From: an uncultured Verrucomicrobiota bacterium
GTDB taxonomy: Bacteria > Verrucomicrobiota > Verrucomicrobiia > Opitutales > Opitutaceae
Length of the DNA stretch: 64,000 nucleotides
Assembly (NCBI GenBank): GCA_903876795.1
Contig: CAIRBK010000097.1
Span: 17,012 to 81,011 of the forward strand
Reading direction: 5' to 3'
This document shows, in pieces, positions 46,101-54,294 of this stretch (positions are counted from its first letter, which is position 1; each line of letters opens with the position of its first letter). The notes beneath the pieces were generated by a model. That model was given only the letters and a program-made list of their open reading frames with translations, had not been told where the DNA came from and did no database searches. The position numbers were made by a program, and so were the translations under genes.

Positions 46101-48885
46101 CGAAAGCGAGGGGTGCGACTCCCTCCTGCTCGCCGCCGAGGACCCCGCCCGTTACAACGCGACTCCCGCGGCCTCCGGCGCTCGGCTCGTCCTCACCGGC
46201 GCCCGCGAAAACAACCTCAAAAACCTCTCGCTCTCCATCGACCACCGCGCCCTCACGGTCGTCACCGGCGTGTCCGGCTCCGGCAAGAGCACCCTCGCCT
46301 TCGACATCGTCTTCGCCGAGGGCCAGCGCCGTTTCATGGAGTCGATGTCGCCCTACGCGCGCCAATTCGTCGAGCAACTCCCCCGCCCCGCCATCGACCG
46401 GCTCACCGGCATCCCGCCCACCGTCGCCATCGAGCAGCGCATCACTCGCGGCTCCCGCAAGTCCACCGTCGCCACCATCACCGAGGTCGCCCAATACCTG
46501 CGCCTCCTCTACGCCCGCCTCGGCGTCCAACACCACCCCGACACCGGCAAGCCCGTCCAACCGCTCACCCCCGGCCAGCTCAAAAAACTTCTGACGACCG
46601 TCCTCGCCTCGCCCAAGGCCGCGAAGGCGAAACATCTCTACCTCTGCGCCCCGCTGGTTCGCGGCCGCAAGGGCCACCACCAACCCATCGCCACCTGGAT
46701 AGCCGACCACGGCTACGAACTCATGCGCGCCGACGGAAAACTCCTCCGGGTGGATACGTTCCAAAAACTCGACCGCTACTCCGAACACGACATCGAGGTC
46801 GTCGTCGCCGACCTCAAATCCGACGCTCAACCTTCGACTCTCAACTCTCGGCTGACCGACGCCCTGCGCCTCGGCAAGGGCTCCTGTTTCATCGCCCTGC
46901 CCAACGGCGCTATTCTCTCCTGGTTTTCGACCACCCGCACCGACATCGAGACCGGAGAATCCTTTCCCGAGCTCGACCCGAAACAGTTCTCGCACAACTC
47001 CCCGCGCGGCTGGTGCCCGACCTGCCGCGGGCACGGTCGCGTCTTCCCCTGGATGCTTGAACCCGCCGACGACGAGGGCAAAGAAGACCCCGCCGCCCGC
47101 CTCCGCGAATTCGGCATCGAATCCGGCGATGATGTGCCCGACACCGGCACGCCTTGCCCCGAGTGCTGCGGCCAGCGACTCAACCGCGTCGCCCGAGCCG
47201 TCCGCCTCCACCTCAACGGCAAACTCGCCCCCGTCTCCCTCCCCGAGCTCCTCGCCAGCACGCCAGCCCGGCTCCTCAACCTCCTCGGCGCCCTCAAGCT
47301 CGACGAACGCGGCACCCTCATCACCCGGGACATCGTCCCGCAGATCCGCGAACGGCTCCGTTTCCTTGACCACGTCGGCCTCGGCTACCTCTCTCTCGAC
47401 CGGCCCACCGACACGCTTTCCGGCGGCGAAGCCCAGCGCATCCGTCTCGCCTCGCAACTCGGCACCAACCTCGCCGGCGTGCTCTACGTGCTCGACGAAC
47501 CTTCCATCGGCCTGCACGCCCGCGACAACGACCGCCTCATCGAGACCCTCCTCGCCCTGCGCGACAAAGGTAACACCCTGCTGGTGGTCGAGCACGACGA
47601 CGAACTCATGGAACGGGCCGACAGCATCATCGACCTCGGCCCCGCCGCCGGCGTCCACGGCGGCGAGCTTCTCGCCCACGGCACCCCCGCCGAGATCAAG
47701 CAAAGCGCCAAATCCCTCACGGGCCTCTTCCTGGCACGCGGCATCCCCCACCCGCTGCGCGGTGCTTACCGGGAGATTCCCAACGCCAAAGGTCCAACGT
47801 CCAAAAAAGAAAACGCCGCCTGGCTCACGCTCTCCGGCGTCCGTTTCCGCAACCTCAAGGGCTTCGACCTGCACCTACCCCACGGCCGCCTCATCATGGT
47901 CTGCGGCCCCTCCGGCGCCGGCAAATCCACCCTCTTCCGCGACGTCCTCCACCCCGCCGTCACCCACGCGATCAAAACACAGTCCGCCAAACTCACCGGA
48001 AAATCCTTTGTTCGTAATACGAACATTGCCGACTCCGTCCCTTTTCTAGATCTGCGCAACGCCGACGCCTTCAAGTCCGTCATCGAGGTCGATCAATCCC
48101 CCATCGGCAAAACCCCGCGCTCCACGCCGGCGACTTACCTGGGTATCTTTGATCTGATCCGCCAGTTCTTCGCGTCGTTGCCCGAGGCAAAAATGCGCGG
48201 CTACACCTCCGGCCGCTTCTCGTTCAACACCGCCGGCGGTCGCTGCGAAACCTGCGCCGGCGGCGGTCGCATCAAGCTCGAGATGGCCTTCATGCCCGAC
48301 ACCTACCTGCCTTGCGACGACTGCCGCGGCACGCGTTACGGACCCGAACTCGCCGACATCACCTGGAAGGGCAAAAACATCGGCCAGGTCCTCCGGCTCA
48401 CTTTCGAGGAAGCCGTCGGTTTCTTCGATTTCCACTCGCAGCTCTCCCAGGTCTGCCAGCTCATGGTGGACTGTGGACTGGGTTACCTCACCCTCGGCCA
48501 GTCCTCGCCCACGCTCTCCGGCGGCGAAGCCCAGCGCCTCAAACTCGTGACCGAGCTCGCCCACGGTCTGCAAAGCTACCGGGAGCGCAGCCGCGGCATC
48601 GCGATCAAAAACCTCTATCTCCTCGAAGAGCCCACCATCGGCCTGCACTTGAGCGATTGCGAGAAACTCATCAAGGTCCTCCATTCGCTCGTCGATCAGG
48701 GGCACACAGTAGTCGTCATCGAACACCACCTGGACCTGCTGGCCGAGGCGGACTACATTATCGAACTCGGCCCCGTCGGCGGCCCCGAGGGCGGCGAACT
48801 CCTTTATCAAGGCCCCCTGGCCGGGCTCCTGAAGCTGAAGTCCAGTCCCACCGCCCCTTACCTGAATTCCAAACTGCGGCGGTAA
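43129..48885 (+). CDS. uvrA: Excinuclease ABC subunit A, double-length (tandem UvrA fusion)
   Basis: 1918 aa; four Walker A motifs (GLSGAGKS, GVSGSGKS x2, GPSGAGKS), four LSGGE signatures, repeated zinc-finger Cys motifs. Confidence 0.93.
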   Translation: MVSSFSAPAHLRPARPDCIRLRGVRQNNLKGFDLDLPLGRYVVVTGLSGAGKSSLVFDTLHAEGQRRYVETFSAYTRQFLDLLDKPAVDSIENIRPSIAIEQTNTVKTSRSTVGTMTELTDFFKVWFSHVATCFDPATGKPVEDDTPSSIWEKTHTSTPGAQVIVAFNVAKPEKLTWPEILTNLKAQSYVRVLLSSSRMRERAVSVARIDDLLSSECRSLLAGDSDHLFVAQDRLTITPDARPRFLEAVETALHFGQGQVHLFAADTLAPLGHYSRGLHSPETGRTFRPASPALFSFNSPLGACPQCRGFGRIIEIDYRLAIPDQTLSIADGAIKCWEGEVYSASKDDLISVAKRKKIPVNVPFASLTPEQRDFVINGENGYGENGLDWPRAWYGVKGFFSWLEKNTYKMHVRVFLSRYRAYNECPSCRGTRLQPESLCWKWQGRTLPELYQLPVSQLWDSLSSRSNELARDSESAHSATIAFDAILTRLRYLQQVGLGYLTLDRTSKTLSGGEVQRVNLTSCLGTSLVDTLFVLDEPSVGLHPRDIDRLIAIIRTLTDAGNTVVVVEHDEAMIRAADHLIEIGPEPGTRGGHIVFQGDLPGLLTSDAITGRYLSGRDSIAVPTTRRPVGSPRVGESERPDSGWLTFHDASKHNLRNVTLSLPLHRLVALSGVSGSGKSTLLDNVIHQGLLSKRLQLTEDPATIAVITGDDAFSEIVLVDQSPLSRTPRSNPALYTEAWDFIRELYAREPAAKEAGFNSSSFSFNSGDGRCDHCQGLGYERVEMQFLSDVFVPCPICEGRRFKPEVLSIRWRQLSVSDLLATSINDALPLFDSHPAIRSRLASLESVGLGYLTLGQPLNTLSGGESQRLKLVKYLSNFTGAPSSPPDISNPKSEIPTGALLLLDEPTTGLHRHDVKRLIAILQALVDRGHSVVVIEHNLDVLKSADWLIEVGPEAGAEGGQIIAEGPPEAVARARTATSPFLRQALSLAASESEGCDSLLLAAEDPARYNATPAASGARLVLTGARENNLKNLSLSIDHRALTVVTGVSGSGKSTLAFDIVFAEGQRRFMESMSPYARQFVEQLPRPAIDRLTGIPPTVAIEQRITRGSRKSTVATITEVAQYLRLLYARLGVQHHPDTGKPVQPLTPGQLKKLLTTVLASPKAAKAKHLYLCAPLVRGRKGHHQPIATWIADHGYELMRADGKLLRVDTFQKLDRYSEHDIEVVVADLKSDAQPSTLNSRLTDALRLGKGSCFIALPNGAILSWFSTTRTDIETGESFPELDPKQFSHNSPRGWCPTCRGHGRVFPWMLEPADDEGKEDPAARLREFGIESGDDVPDTGTPCPECCGQRLNRVARAVRLHLNGKLAPVSLPELLASTPARLLNLLGALKLDERGTLITRDIVPQIRERLRFLDHVGLGYLSLDRPTDTLSGGEAQRIRLASQLGTNLAGVLYVLDEPSIGLHARDNDRLIETLLALRDKGNTLLVVEHDDELMERADSIIDLGPAAGVHGGELLAHGTPAEIKQSAKSLTGLFLARGIPHPLRGAYREIPNAKGPTSKKENAAWLTLSGVRFRNLKGFDLHLPHGRLIMVCGPSGAGKSTLFRDVLHPAVTHAIKTQSAKLTGKSFVRNTNIADSVPFLDLRNADAFKSVIEVDQSPIGKTPRSTPATYLGIFDLIRQFFASLPEAKMRGYTSGRFSFNTAGGRCETCAGGGRIKLEMAFMPDTYLPCDDCRGTRYGPELADITWKGKNIGQVLRLTFEEAVGFFDFHSQLSQVCQLMVDCGLGYLTLGQSSPTLSGGEAQRLKLVTELAHGLQSYRERSRGIAIKNLYLLEEPTIGLHLSDCEKLIKVLHSLVDQGHTVVVIEHHLDLLAEADYIIELGPVGGPEGGELLYQGPLAGLLKLKSSPTAPYLNSKLRR
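43777..43803 (+). repeat. GTAG-class REP-like palindrome, in frame in uvrA
   Basis: TGTAGGAG-CCTGC-TT-GCAGG-CGATTCC. Confidence 0.75.
44521..44547 (+). repeat. Second GTAG-class REP-like palindrome, in frame in uvrA
   Basis: CGTAGCAA-CGAGC-TT-GCTCG-CGATTCC; same layout as 43777 with a different but paired stem. Confidence 0.75.
45791..45818 (+). repeat. Degenerate heptamer tandem repeat, in frame in uvrA
   Basis: TTTCCAA TCCCAAA TCTGAGA TTCCGAC (peptide ISNPKSEIP). Confidence 0.6.
46825..46852 (+). repeat. Degenerate heptamer tandem repeat, in frame in uvrA
   Basis: GCTCAAC CTTCGAC TCTCAAC TCTCGGC (peptide AQPSTLNSR). Confidence 0.7.
47777..47804 (+). repeat. Degenerate heptamer tandem repeat, in frame in uvrA
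   Basis: TTCCCAA CGCCAAA GGTCCAA CGTCCAA (peptide IPNAKGPTSK). Confidence 0.65.
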
Positions 48886-48910
48886 AGCCAGTCCCCAAGT
48901 TGGCCATCGT

Positions 48911-50446
48911 TTAACACCCTGGATTCGCGAGCAACCCGAGGACTTTTCCTGCCAGGGCGGCGGAAGATTCGTCGAGCCAGCGCGCGCCCTTTTCGGCGGT
49001 GGCGAGCGTGGCGTCGCCGATGACGCCGCTCTTGGAAACATCCGAGGTTTTCCAGGCGTACGCCGCGTCGCCTCCGTCTAATCGGAGTCCGCCGGCAGCC
49101 TCGATGCTCGCGGGGTATTCGCAAACCGCACGGTCCATGCGCACGAGTCCGGGCGCACTGGCCAGCATCAGCGACGTCTCCCATTCCCCGGCGTGGAAAC
49201 CGTAGGCGGCCTCCTGCGGGCTCTGGTCGGGACGGTGATATCCGCCGAGCATCCCCGCCCTCAAGCCGAGGCCGGTCTGGATCTCGCGCAGGGTCGCCAC
49301 GATTACCGCGCTGTTGCCGCCATGAGAGTTAAGCACGGCGATCTGCCGGAATCCGAGTGCCTTCAGGTCGGCGGCAAGCGCCAGCAGCTGCCTCTGCAGG
49401 ACGCGCGCCGGGAGCGTGATCGTGCCCGCGAAGCCGAGGTGCTCGTTGCTCTTCCCGTAGGTAATGGCCGGGGCGACGTAAACCGGCGCGTCCGCCGGCA
49501 GCCGGGGCAGCATCCGTTCCAGCCTCAGGTCCCCGAGCATCGCGTCGGTTCCCAGCGGCAGGTGGTGTCCATGCTGTTCGATCGAGCCCGCCGGGATGAT
49601 CACCAGGGCGCGCTCCTTGGCGGGCAACCGGGCCACTTCGTCCGCCATGAGCCCTGCGAGTTCACGCGAACGCCCGCCAACGGTCTGCGGTGGCGGGCAA
49701 ACAGGGGGCAGGGTCGTCCCCTTCGGATGCTCGATCCCTGCGGCGTGCGCGACGATTTCACCCAACAGGCCGGCGAGTTTGGCCGCGGAATCCACGAAAA
49801 GTTTCTCGCCGTCCAAGGCCGGATCAAACGGCACCGGCGCGGGCCGCTCGAAAAAGCCGGGGCGAAAATCCGTGTCGCGCACGACCGGCCCGTGCGGCGA
49901 GTGCGAGGGCACGCGGCCGAGCAACCGCGCCGCGACCGCTTGGGTGCGGTTGCGTCCGGTGTCGGCCGGATGAAAACCCAGGCCGATGCCTCGGGAGTCG
50001 ATGACGTAGGTGCGCAGGTCCAGCCCGGTGCGGGCGTCGAGCGCGGCGGTCGCCACGCATTCGGCGTTCCAGGGACTGGTGTTGAAAAACAACACGCGGG
50101 AAAACCCCGAGGCGTGCACGCCAGCGACGATCGCGGCGAGTGTTTCCAGAACCGTTTCCACATCCACGCCGAAACGGGCGTGCGCATAGGGCGCCGCGAC
50201 CAACCGCAGCGGCGGCAGGACCAGCACGCGCGGTTGCAGCCAGGCTGCGGCGACGGCGGCGTGGAGCACGGCGGAGCCGACGGTTTCCTCGGCGTCAAGC
50301 GGCAGTCCCATCCCGTGATCGGCCAGACCGTGCACGGGCAGCACCACCACCGTGCGGGCCCTGTCGGGGCGCGCGGCCAGTTCGCTCCAAGTTTGGCGGG
50401 CCCAGTCGGTCGCGGGATCGGCGTTGGCTGGCCGGATGGAATACAT
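48911..50446 (-). CDS. Creatininase-family protein with two tandem domains
   Basis: C-terminal domain has GSIEQHGHHLPLGTD, NSHGGN, HAGEWET; N-terminal domain homologous but degenerate. Confidence 0.82.
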   Translation of the reverse strand: MYSIRPANADPATDWARQTWSELAARPDRARTVVVLPVHGLADHGMGLPLDAEETVGSAVLHAAVAAAWLQPRVLVLPPLRLVAAPYAHARFGVDVETVLETLAAIVAGVHASGFSRVLFFNTSPWNAECVATAALDARTGLDLRTYVIDSRGIGLGFHPADTGRNRTQAVAARLLGRVPSHSPHGPVVRDTDFRPGFFERPAPVPFDPALDGEKLFVDSAAKLAGLLGEIVAHAAGIEHPKGTTLPPVCPPPQTVGGRSRELAGLMADEVARLPAKERALVIIPAGSIEQHGHHLPLGTDAMLGDLRLERMLPRLPADAPVYVAPAITYGKSNEHLGFAGTITLPARVLQRQLLALAADLKALGFRQIAVLNSHGGNSAVIVATLREIQTGLGLRAGMLGGYHRPDQSPQEAAYGFHAGEWETSLMLASAPGLVRMDRAVCEYPASIEAAGGLRLDGGDAAYAWKTSDVSKSGVIGDATLATAEKGARWLDESSAALAGKVLGLLANPGC

Positions 50447-50467
50447 GGCGGAGAAATCTAGCGACGC

Positions 50468-50902
50468 TCAGCGGCCCGCCGCAAGCAGTTCGCCCACCAT
50501 GCGTCCCACGACCGCATCGGTCTGCGTCGTGAACTCCAGGTACTTCGAGTATTCCACGGTCACAAACGGCAGATACTCCCGGGGATCGCGGGCTCCGAGA
50601 CGCAGATAGACCAGATGGTCGCCGAAATCCCACGCCCAGCGGTCCTCGTAGACGATCACCGCCTGGGCCGACTCCGGCATCAAGGTGATCGGCCCGCTCT
50701 CGGCCGTAAACCCGCGCGCCTTTAGGGCACGCACGATGCGTTCGTCGATGCCGTGGTTGTCCTTGAGATTTCGCAGCACGAAAAACTCGCGCACATCCCG
50801 CAGGCTGCGGCCTTTTTCCGCGACGTGCGCGCGCGTCGAAGCGCAACCGGCGACGAGCGCGCAGACCCACAACACCCAGGCAAACCGAACGGCGTTTCTC
50901 AT
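50468..50902 (-). CDS. Hypothetical lipoprotein
   Basis: Last 144 aa of ORF 50468..54073; signal peptide with lipobox LVAG-C. Confidence 0.7.
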   Translation of the reverse strand: MRNAVRFAWVLWVCALVAGCASTRAHVAEKGRSLRDVREFFVLRNLKDNHGIDERIVRALKARGFTAESGPITLMPESAQAVIVYEDRWAWDFGDHLVYLRLGARDPREYLPFVTVEYSKYLEFTTQTDAVVGRMVGELLAAGR

Positions 50903-50986
50903 GCGAAAACACCAGCCACGGCGGAAATCGCCCCCGCTGCAATCCTCGGTTGCGCACCGTCGCCACGTCGTCACGCTCGCCCGCAC

Positions 50987-51844
50987 ATGGCCACCCTCGG
51001 CAAACGCAACCAGCTCACCGTTCTTAAATCCGCCCCGCCGGGCTTCTACCTCGACGGCGGCCCGCTGGGGGAGTTGCTGCTGCCGGGTGCGCTGATTCCG
51101 CCCGGTGCCAAGGTCGGCGACACGCTCGATGTTTTCCTCTACCGCGACTCCGAGGACCGCCTCGTCACCACGACCGAGACTCCGCACGCCCAAGTCGGCG
51201 AGTTCGCCTACCTGCGGGTCGTGAGCGTGGCGCCGCGCATCGGCGTGTTTCTCGATTGGGGCCTCTCGAAAGACCTCCTCCTGCCCATCCGCGAGATCAA
51301 ACAAGAGGGCGTCCAACGCGGCGACTGGCTGATCGTTTATGTGCTGCGCGACGAGAAGACCGACCGCATCGTCGCCAGCATGCGCCTCAAACGCCACCTG
51401 AGCCCGGAGCCGCCCGCCTACGCCGAGGGCCAGGAGGTCAATCTGCTCATCACCGGCGAATCTCCGCTCGGCTACAACGCGATCGTGGAAAACGCCCACC
51501 TCGGCCTGCTCTACCACGGCGACCTGGGCTCGCCGCTCGGCGTCGGCCTGCGGGTGGACGGCTTCGTGCGCGCGGTGCGGCCCGACGGCAAAATCGACTT
51601 GAGTCTTGATCGCGCCGGCCACCAGCGCATCGAGCCCAACACCCAGCGCGTGCTCGCGGAACTCATGAAGGCCGGCGGACGCCTCCCTTTCCATGACGAC
51701 AGCACTCCGGAGGAGATTCGCACGGCCTTCGGCCTGAGCAAAAAAGCCTTCAAACAGGCCATCGGCTCTCTCTTCAAAGACCGCCAGATCGTCATCACCA
51801 AACACGGCATCCGTCTCGCCGACACCACCAAGCCATCCGCCTGA
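50987..51844 (+). CDS. CvfB/YitL family S1 RNA-binding protein
   Basis: G.RNQL.V....P.G.YLDGG...ELLLP, FLYRDSEDR, FLDWGL.KDLL, C-terminal SKKAFK.AIGSL winged helix. Confidence 0.9.
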   Translation: MATLGKRNQLTVLKSAPPGFYLDGGPLGELLLPGALIPPGAKVGDTLDVFLYRDSEDRLVTTTETPHAQVGEFAYLRVVSVAPRIGVFLDWGLSKDLLLPIREIKQEGVQRGDWLIVYVLRDEKTDRIVASMRLKRHLSPEPPAYAEGQEVNLLITGESPLGYNAIVENAHLGLLYHGDLGSPLGVGLRVDGFVRAVRPDGKIDLSLDRAGHQRIEPNTQRVLAELMKAGGRLPFHDDSTPEEIRTAFGLSKKAFKQAIGSLFKDRQIVITKHGIRLADTTKPSA

Positions 51845-51862
51845 TCCCGCCGCTTCTCCATC

Positions 51863-52096
51863 ATGCCCACCGCCGATAACGCGCCCCGCACCATCACCAT
51901 CCGCGCCGAGCCCATCGAGCTCTGCCAACTCCTGAAATTCGCCGGTCTGGCCGACAACGGCGGCGCCGCCAAGGCCTTCATCGGCGAGGGCCGCGTGCTG
52001 CTGAACGGCGTGGTCGAGACCCAGCGGAGCAAAAAAATCATGGCCGGCGACCGCGTGACCTTCGCCGACGAAACCATCATCGTCAAAGTCGGTTAA
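51863..52096 (+). CDS. S4-domain RNA-binding protein (YbcJ/YaaA-like)
   Basis: IELCQLLK..GL..NGGAAK..I..G.V.LNG.VETQR.KK. Confidence 0.88.
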   Translation: MPTADNAPRTITIRAEPIELCQLLKFAGLADNGGAAKAFIGEGRVLLNGVVETQRSKKIMAGDRVTFADETIIVKVG

Positions 52097-52117
52097 CAAA
52101 GGTAAATCCCCCTTTTT

Positions 52118-52450
52118 ATGGCCAAACCCGAACTCAAGATCGAGTCCCTCCAAGCCGGCGCCGGACGGAGCCCCCGCAAGGGCGAGCTCGTCACCGTGCA
52201 CTACACCGGCTGGTTCACCGACGGGGAAAAATTCGACAGCTCCGTGGACCGCGACGAGCCCTTCGCCTTCGTCCTCGGCGCGGGCCAGGTGATCGCCGGC
52301 TGGGACCTCGGCGTCGCCACCATGAAGATCGGCGACAAGGTGAAACTCACCCTCCCGCCCGAACTGGCCTACGGAGCGAACGGCTACCCCGGGGCGATCC
52401 CGCCCAACGCCACCTTGGTCTTCGACGTCGAGTTGTTGAAGATCGGCTGA
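52118..52450 (+). CDS. FKBP-type peptidyl-prolyl isomerase
   Basis: [36 protein letters not shown]. Confidence 0.95.
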   Translation: MAKPELKIESLQAGAGRSPRKGELVTVHYTGWFTDGEKFDSSVDRDEPFAFVLGAGQVIAGWDLGVATMKIGDKVKLTLPPELAYGANGYPGAIPPNATLVFDVELLKIG

Positions 52451-52483
52451 TCGCCCGCGGCCTCGTCCGTCGTTTTTCCCGCC

Positions 52484-53170
52484 ATGAAAATCATCATCAC
52501 CGGCGTCACCCGCGGTCTCGGCCGGGCGCTCACGGAAGAGTTCATCCGGCTCGGCCACACCGTGATCGGCTGCGGACGCGGCTCCGAAGGCGTCTTCGAC
52601 CTGCGCATGAGACACGGTGCCCCGCACAGCTTCGACGTCGTCGATGTGGCCAACGCCACCAAGGTCGGCATCTGGGGCGCGCGCGCCCTCGCCTTCGGCG
52701 AGACCCCCGATCTGCTCATCAACAACGCCGCCCTCATGAACACGCCCGCGCCGCTCTGGAAAGTCCCGGCCGAGGAGTTCGCCCATCTCGTCAACGTCAA
52801 CATCACCGGCGTGGCCAATGTCATCCGCGAATTCGTGCCCGCGATGGTCGCCGCGAAAAAAGGCGTGATCGTCAACCTCAGCTCCGGCTGGGGACGCGGC
52901 GTGTCGCCCGGCGTCGCGCCTTATTGCGCGAGCAAATGGGCCGTCGAAGGCCTCACCAAGGCGCTCGCCCAGGATCTGCCCGCCGGCATGGCCGCAGTGC
53001 CGCTCAACCCCGGCGTGATCGACACCGACATGCTCCGCCTGTGTTGGCCCGAGGGCGCCGCCAACCACCCAAAGGCCGGGGCCTGGGCCAAGGTCGCCGC
53101 GCCGTTCATTCTCCAGCTCGGCGCGAAGGACAACGGCGCGAGCCTGAGCGTCCCGCACTTCGAAGACTAG
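52484..53170 (+). CDS. SDR family oxidoreductase
   Basis: TGVTRGLG, LINNA, YCASK. Confidence 0.9.
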   Translation: MKIIITGVTRGLGRALTEEFIRLGHTVIGCGRGSEGVFDLRMRHGAPHSFDVVDVANATKVGIWGARALAFGETPDLLINNAALMNTPAPLWKVPAEEFAHLVNVNITGVANVIREFVPAMVAAKKGVIVNLSSGWGRGVSPGVAPYCASKWAVEGLTKALAQDLPAGMAAVPLNPGVIDTDMLRLCWPEGAANHPKAGAWAKVAAPFILQLGAKDNGASLSVPHFED

Positions 53171-53194
53171 CGCCACTCCGCACGTTATCCTGTT

Positions 53195-53986
53195 ATGAAA
53201 ATAAAGATCCCCGACACCCTCACAGCAGACCTGCCCGACAACAAGTGGGGCAAGCTCCTCGGTGCCACGCCGGTCGTGATGACCGTGGTGGCGACGTTGC
53301 TGGCCGGCCTCGCCTCCAGCGAGATGACCAAGGCGCAATACGAGCGCGCCTACGCCGCGCAGATCCAGTCCAAGGCCGGCGACCAATGGGCGTTTTTCCA
53401 GGCCAAGCGCCAGCGCGGCGAGATGCAGCGCAACACCCTCGATCTCTTCGCGGCGCAGGGCATCCCCGCCACCGGCGAGGACGCCCCGCCGCCACCGCCC
53501 GCCCCCGGGCTTTCCCCGGAAATCGACGCGGCGCTCCAGGCCGTGCGCGCCGACGCCCCGGCGGTGACGCTCAACCCGATGCTGGCCAAACTGTCGCCCA
53601 AGACGATCATCGCCGCGCAACTCGCCGCCAAGGAGCACGCGGGGGCCTACGAGGCGTTGACCGCGCCCCTGCTCAAAAAAATCATCGCCGACGGCTCGGT
53701 CACCGCCCGCCTGAAGTTCAATGCCGGACGCTACGATCACGAGGCGCAGCTGAACTCCGCCGTGGCGCGTCTCTACGAGTTGCAAGTGCGCCAGGGCAAC
53801 TTCAGCGCCGAGCGCCACCACGGCCGCAGCCAGCGCTTTTTCTTCGGCATGCTCGCCGCGCAGATGGGCGTGATCATCAGCACGCTGGCGATGGCCGCCA
53901 AACAGCGGAATCTCCTCTGGGGTCTCGCCGCCGGCGCCGGCCTGATCGCCATCGTCTTCGCGATCTACGTCTATCTCTACGTGTGA
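53195..53986 (+). CDS. DUF4337-like membrane protein
   Basis: TM at each end; A.DQWAFFQAK motif. Confidence 0.65.
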   Translation: MKIKIPDTLTADLPDNKWGKLLGATPVVMTVVATLLAGLASSEMTKAQYERAYAAQIQSKAGDQWAFFQAKRQRGEMQRNTLDLFAAQGIPATGEDAPPPPPAPGLSPEIDAALQAVRADAPAVTLNPMLAKLSPKTIIAAQLAAKEHAGAYEALTAPLLKKIIADGSVTARLKFNAGRYDHEAQLNSAVARLYELQVRQGNFSAERHHGRSQRFFFGMLAAQMGVIISTLAMAAKQRNLLWGLAAGAGLIAIVFAIYVYLYV

Positions 53987-54024
53987 ACCGCGCTTTCCGC
54001 CGGTGGGCGGAAAGCATTCGTGTT

Positions 54025-54237
54025 TCAGCGCGGTCCGCGCAGGTAGAGTTCCTCGACTTTTTTGCGCGCCCACGGGGTTTTGCGCAGAAAAGTGAGGCTT
54101 GATTTCACGCTCGGGTCATGGGTGAAGCAGCGGATCTCGATCAAGCGCCCGAGCCCGGCCCAGCCGTGGCGGGCGACGAGTTCGTTGACGATCATTTCCA
54201 GGGTGATCCCGTGGAGCGGGTTGTTGGGCTGCGACAT
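54025..54237 (-). CDS. VF530/DUF2132 family small protein
   Basis: [36 protein letters not shown]. Confidence 0.88.
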   Translation of the reverse strand: MSQPNNPLHGITLEMIVNELVARHGWAGLGRLIEIRCFTHDPSVKSSLTFLRKTPWARKKVEELYLRGPR

Positions 54238-54294
54238 GGCCACGAGGCAAAACGCCACGCCTCCGGCCGGCAAGCCGCCTTTGCGGCGGGCCCG

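Noticed and set aside
50903-54073. 1201-aa minus-strand ORF 50468..54073
   Set aside because: It lies antisense to five well-supported plus-strand genes, as expected for a GC-rich shadow frame; only its last 144 codons (lipoprotein) look real
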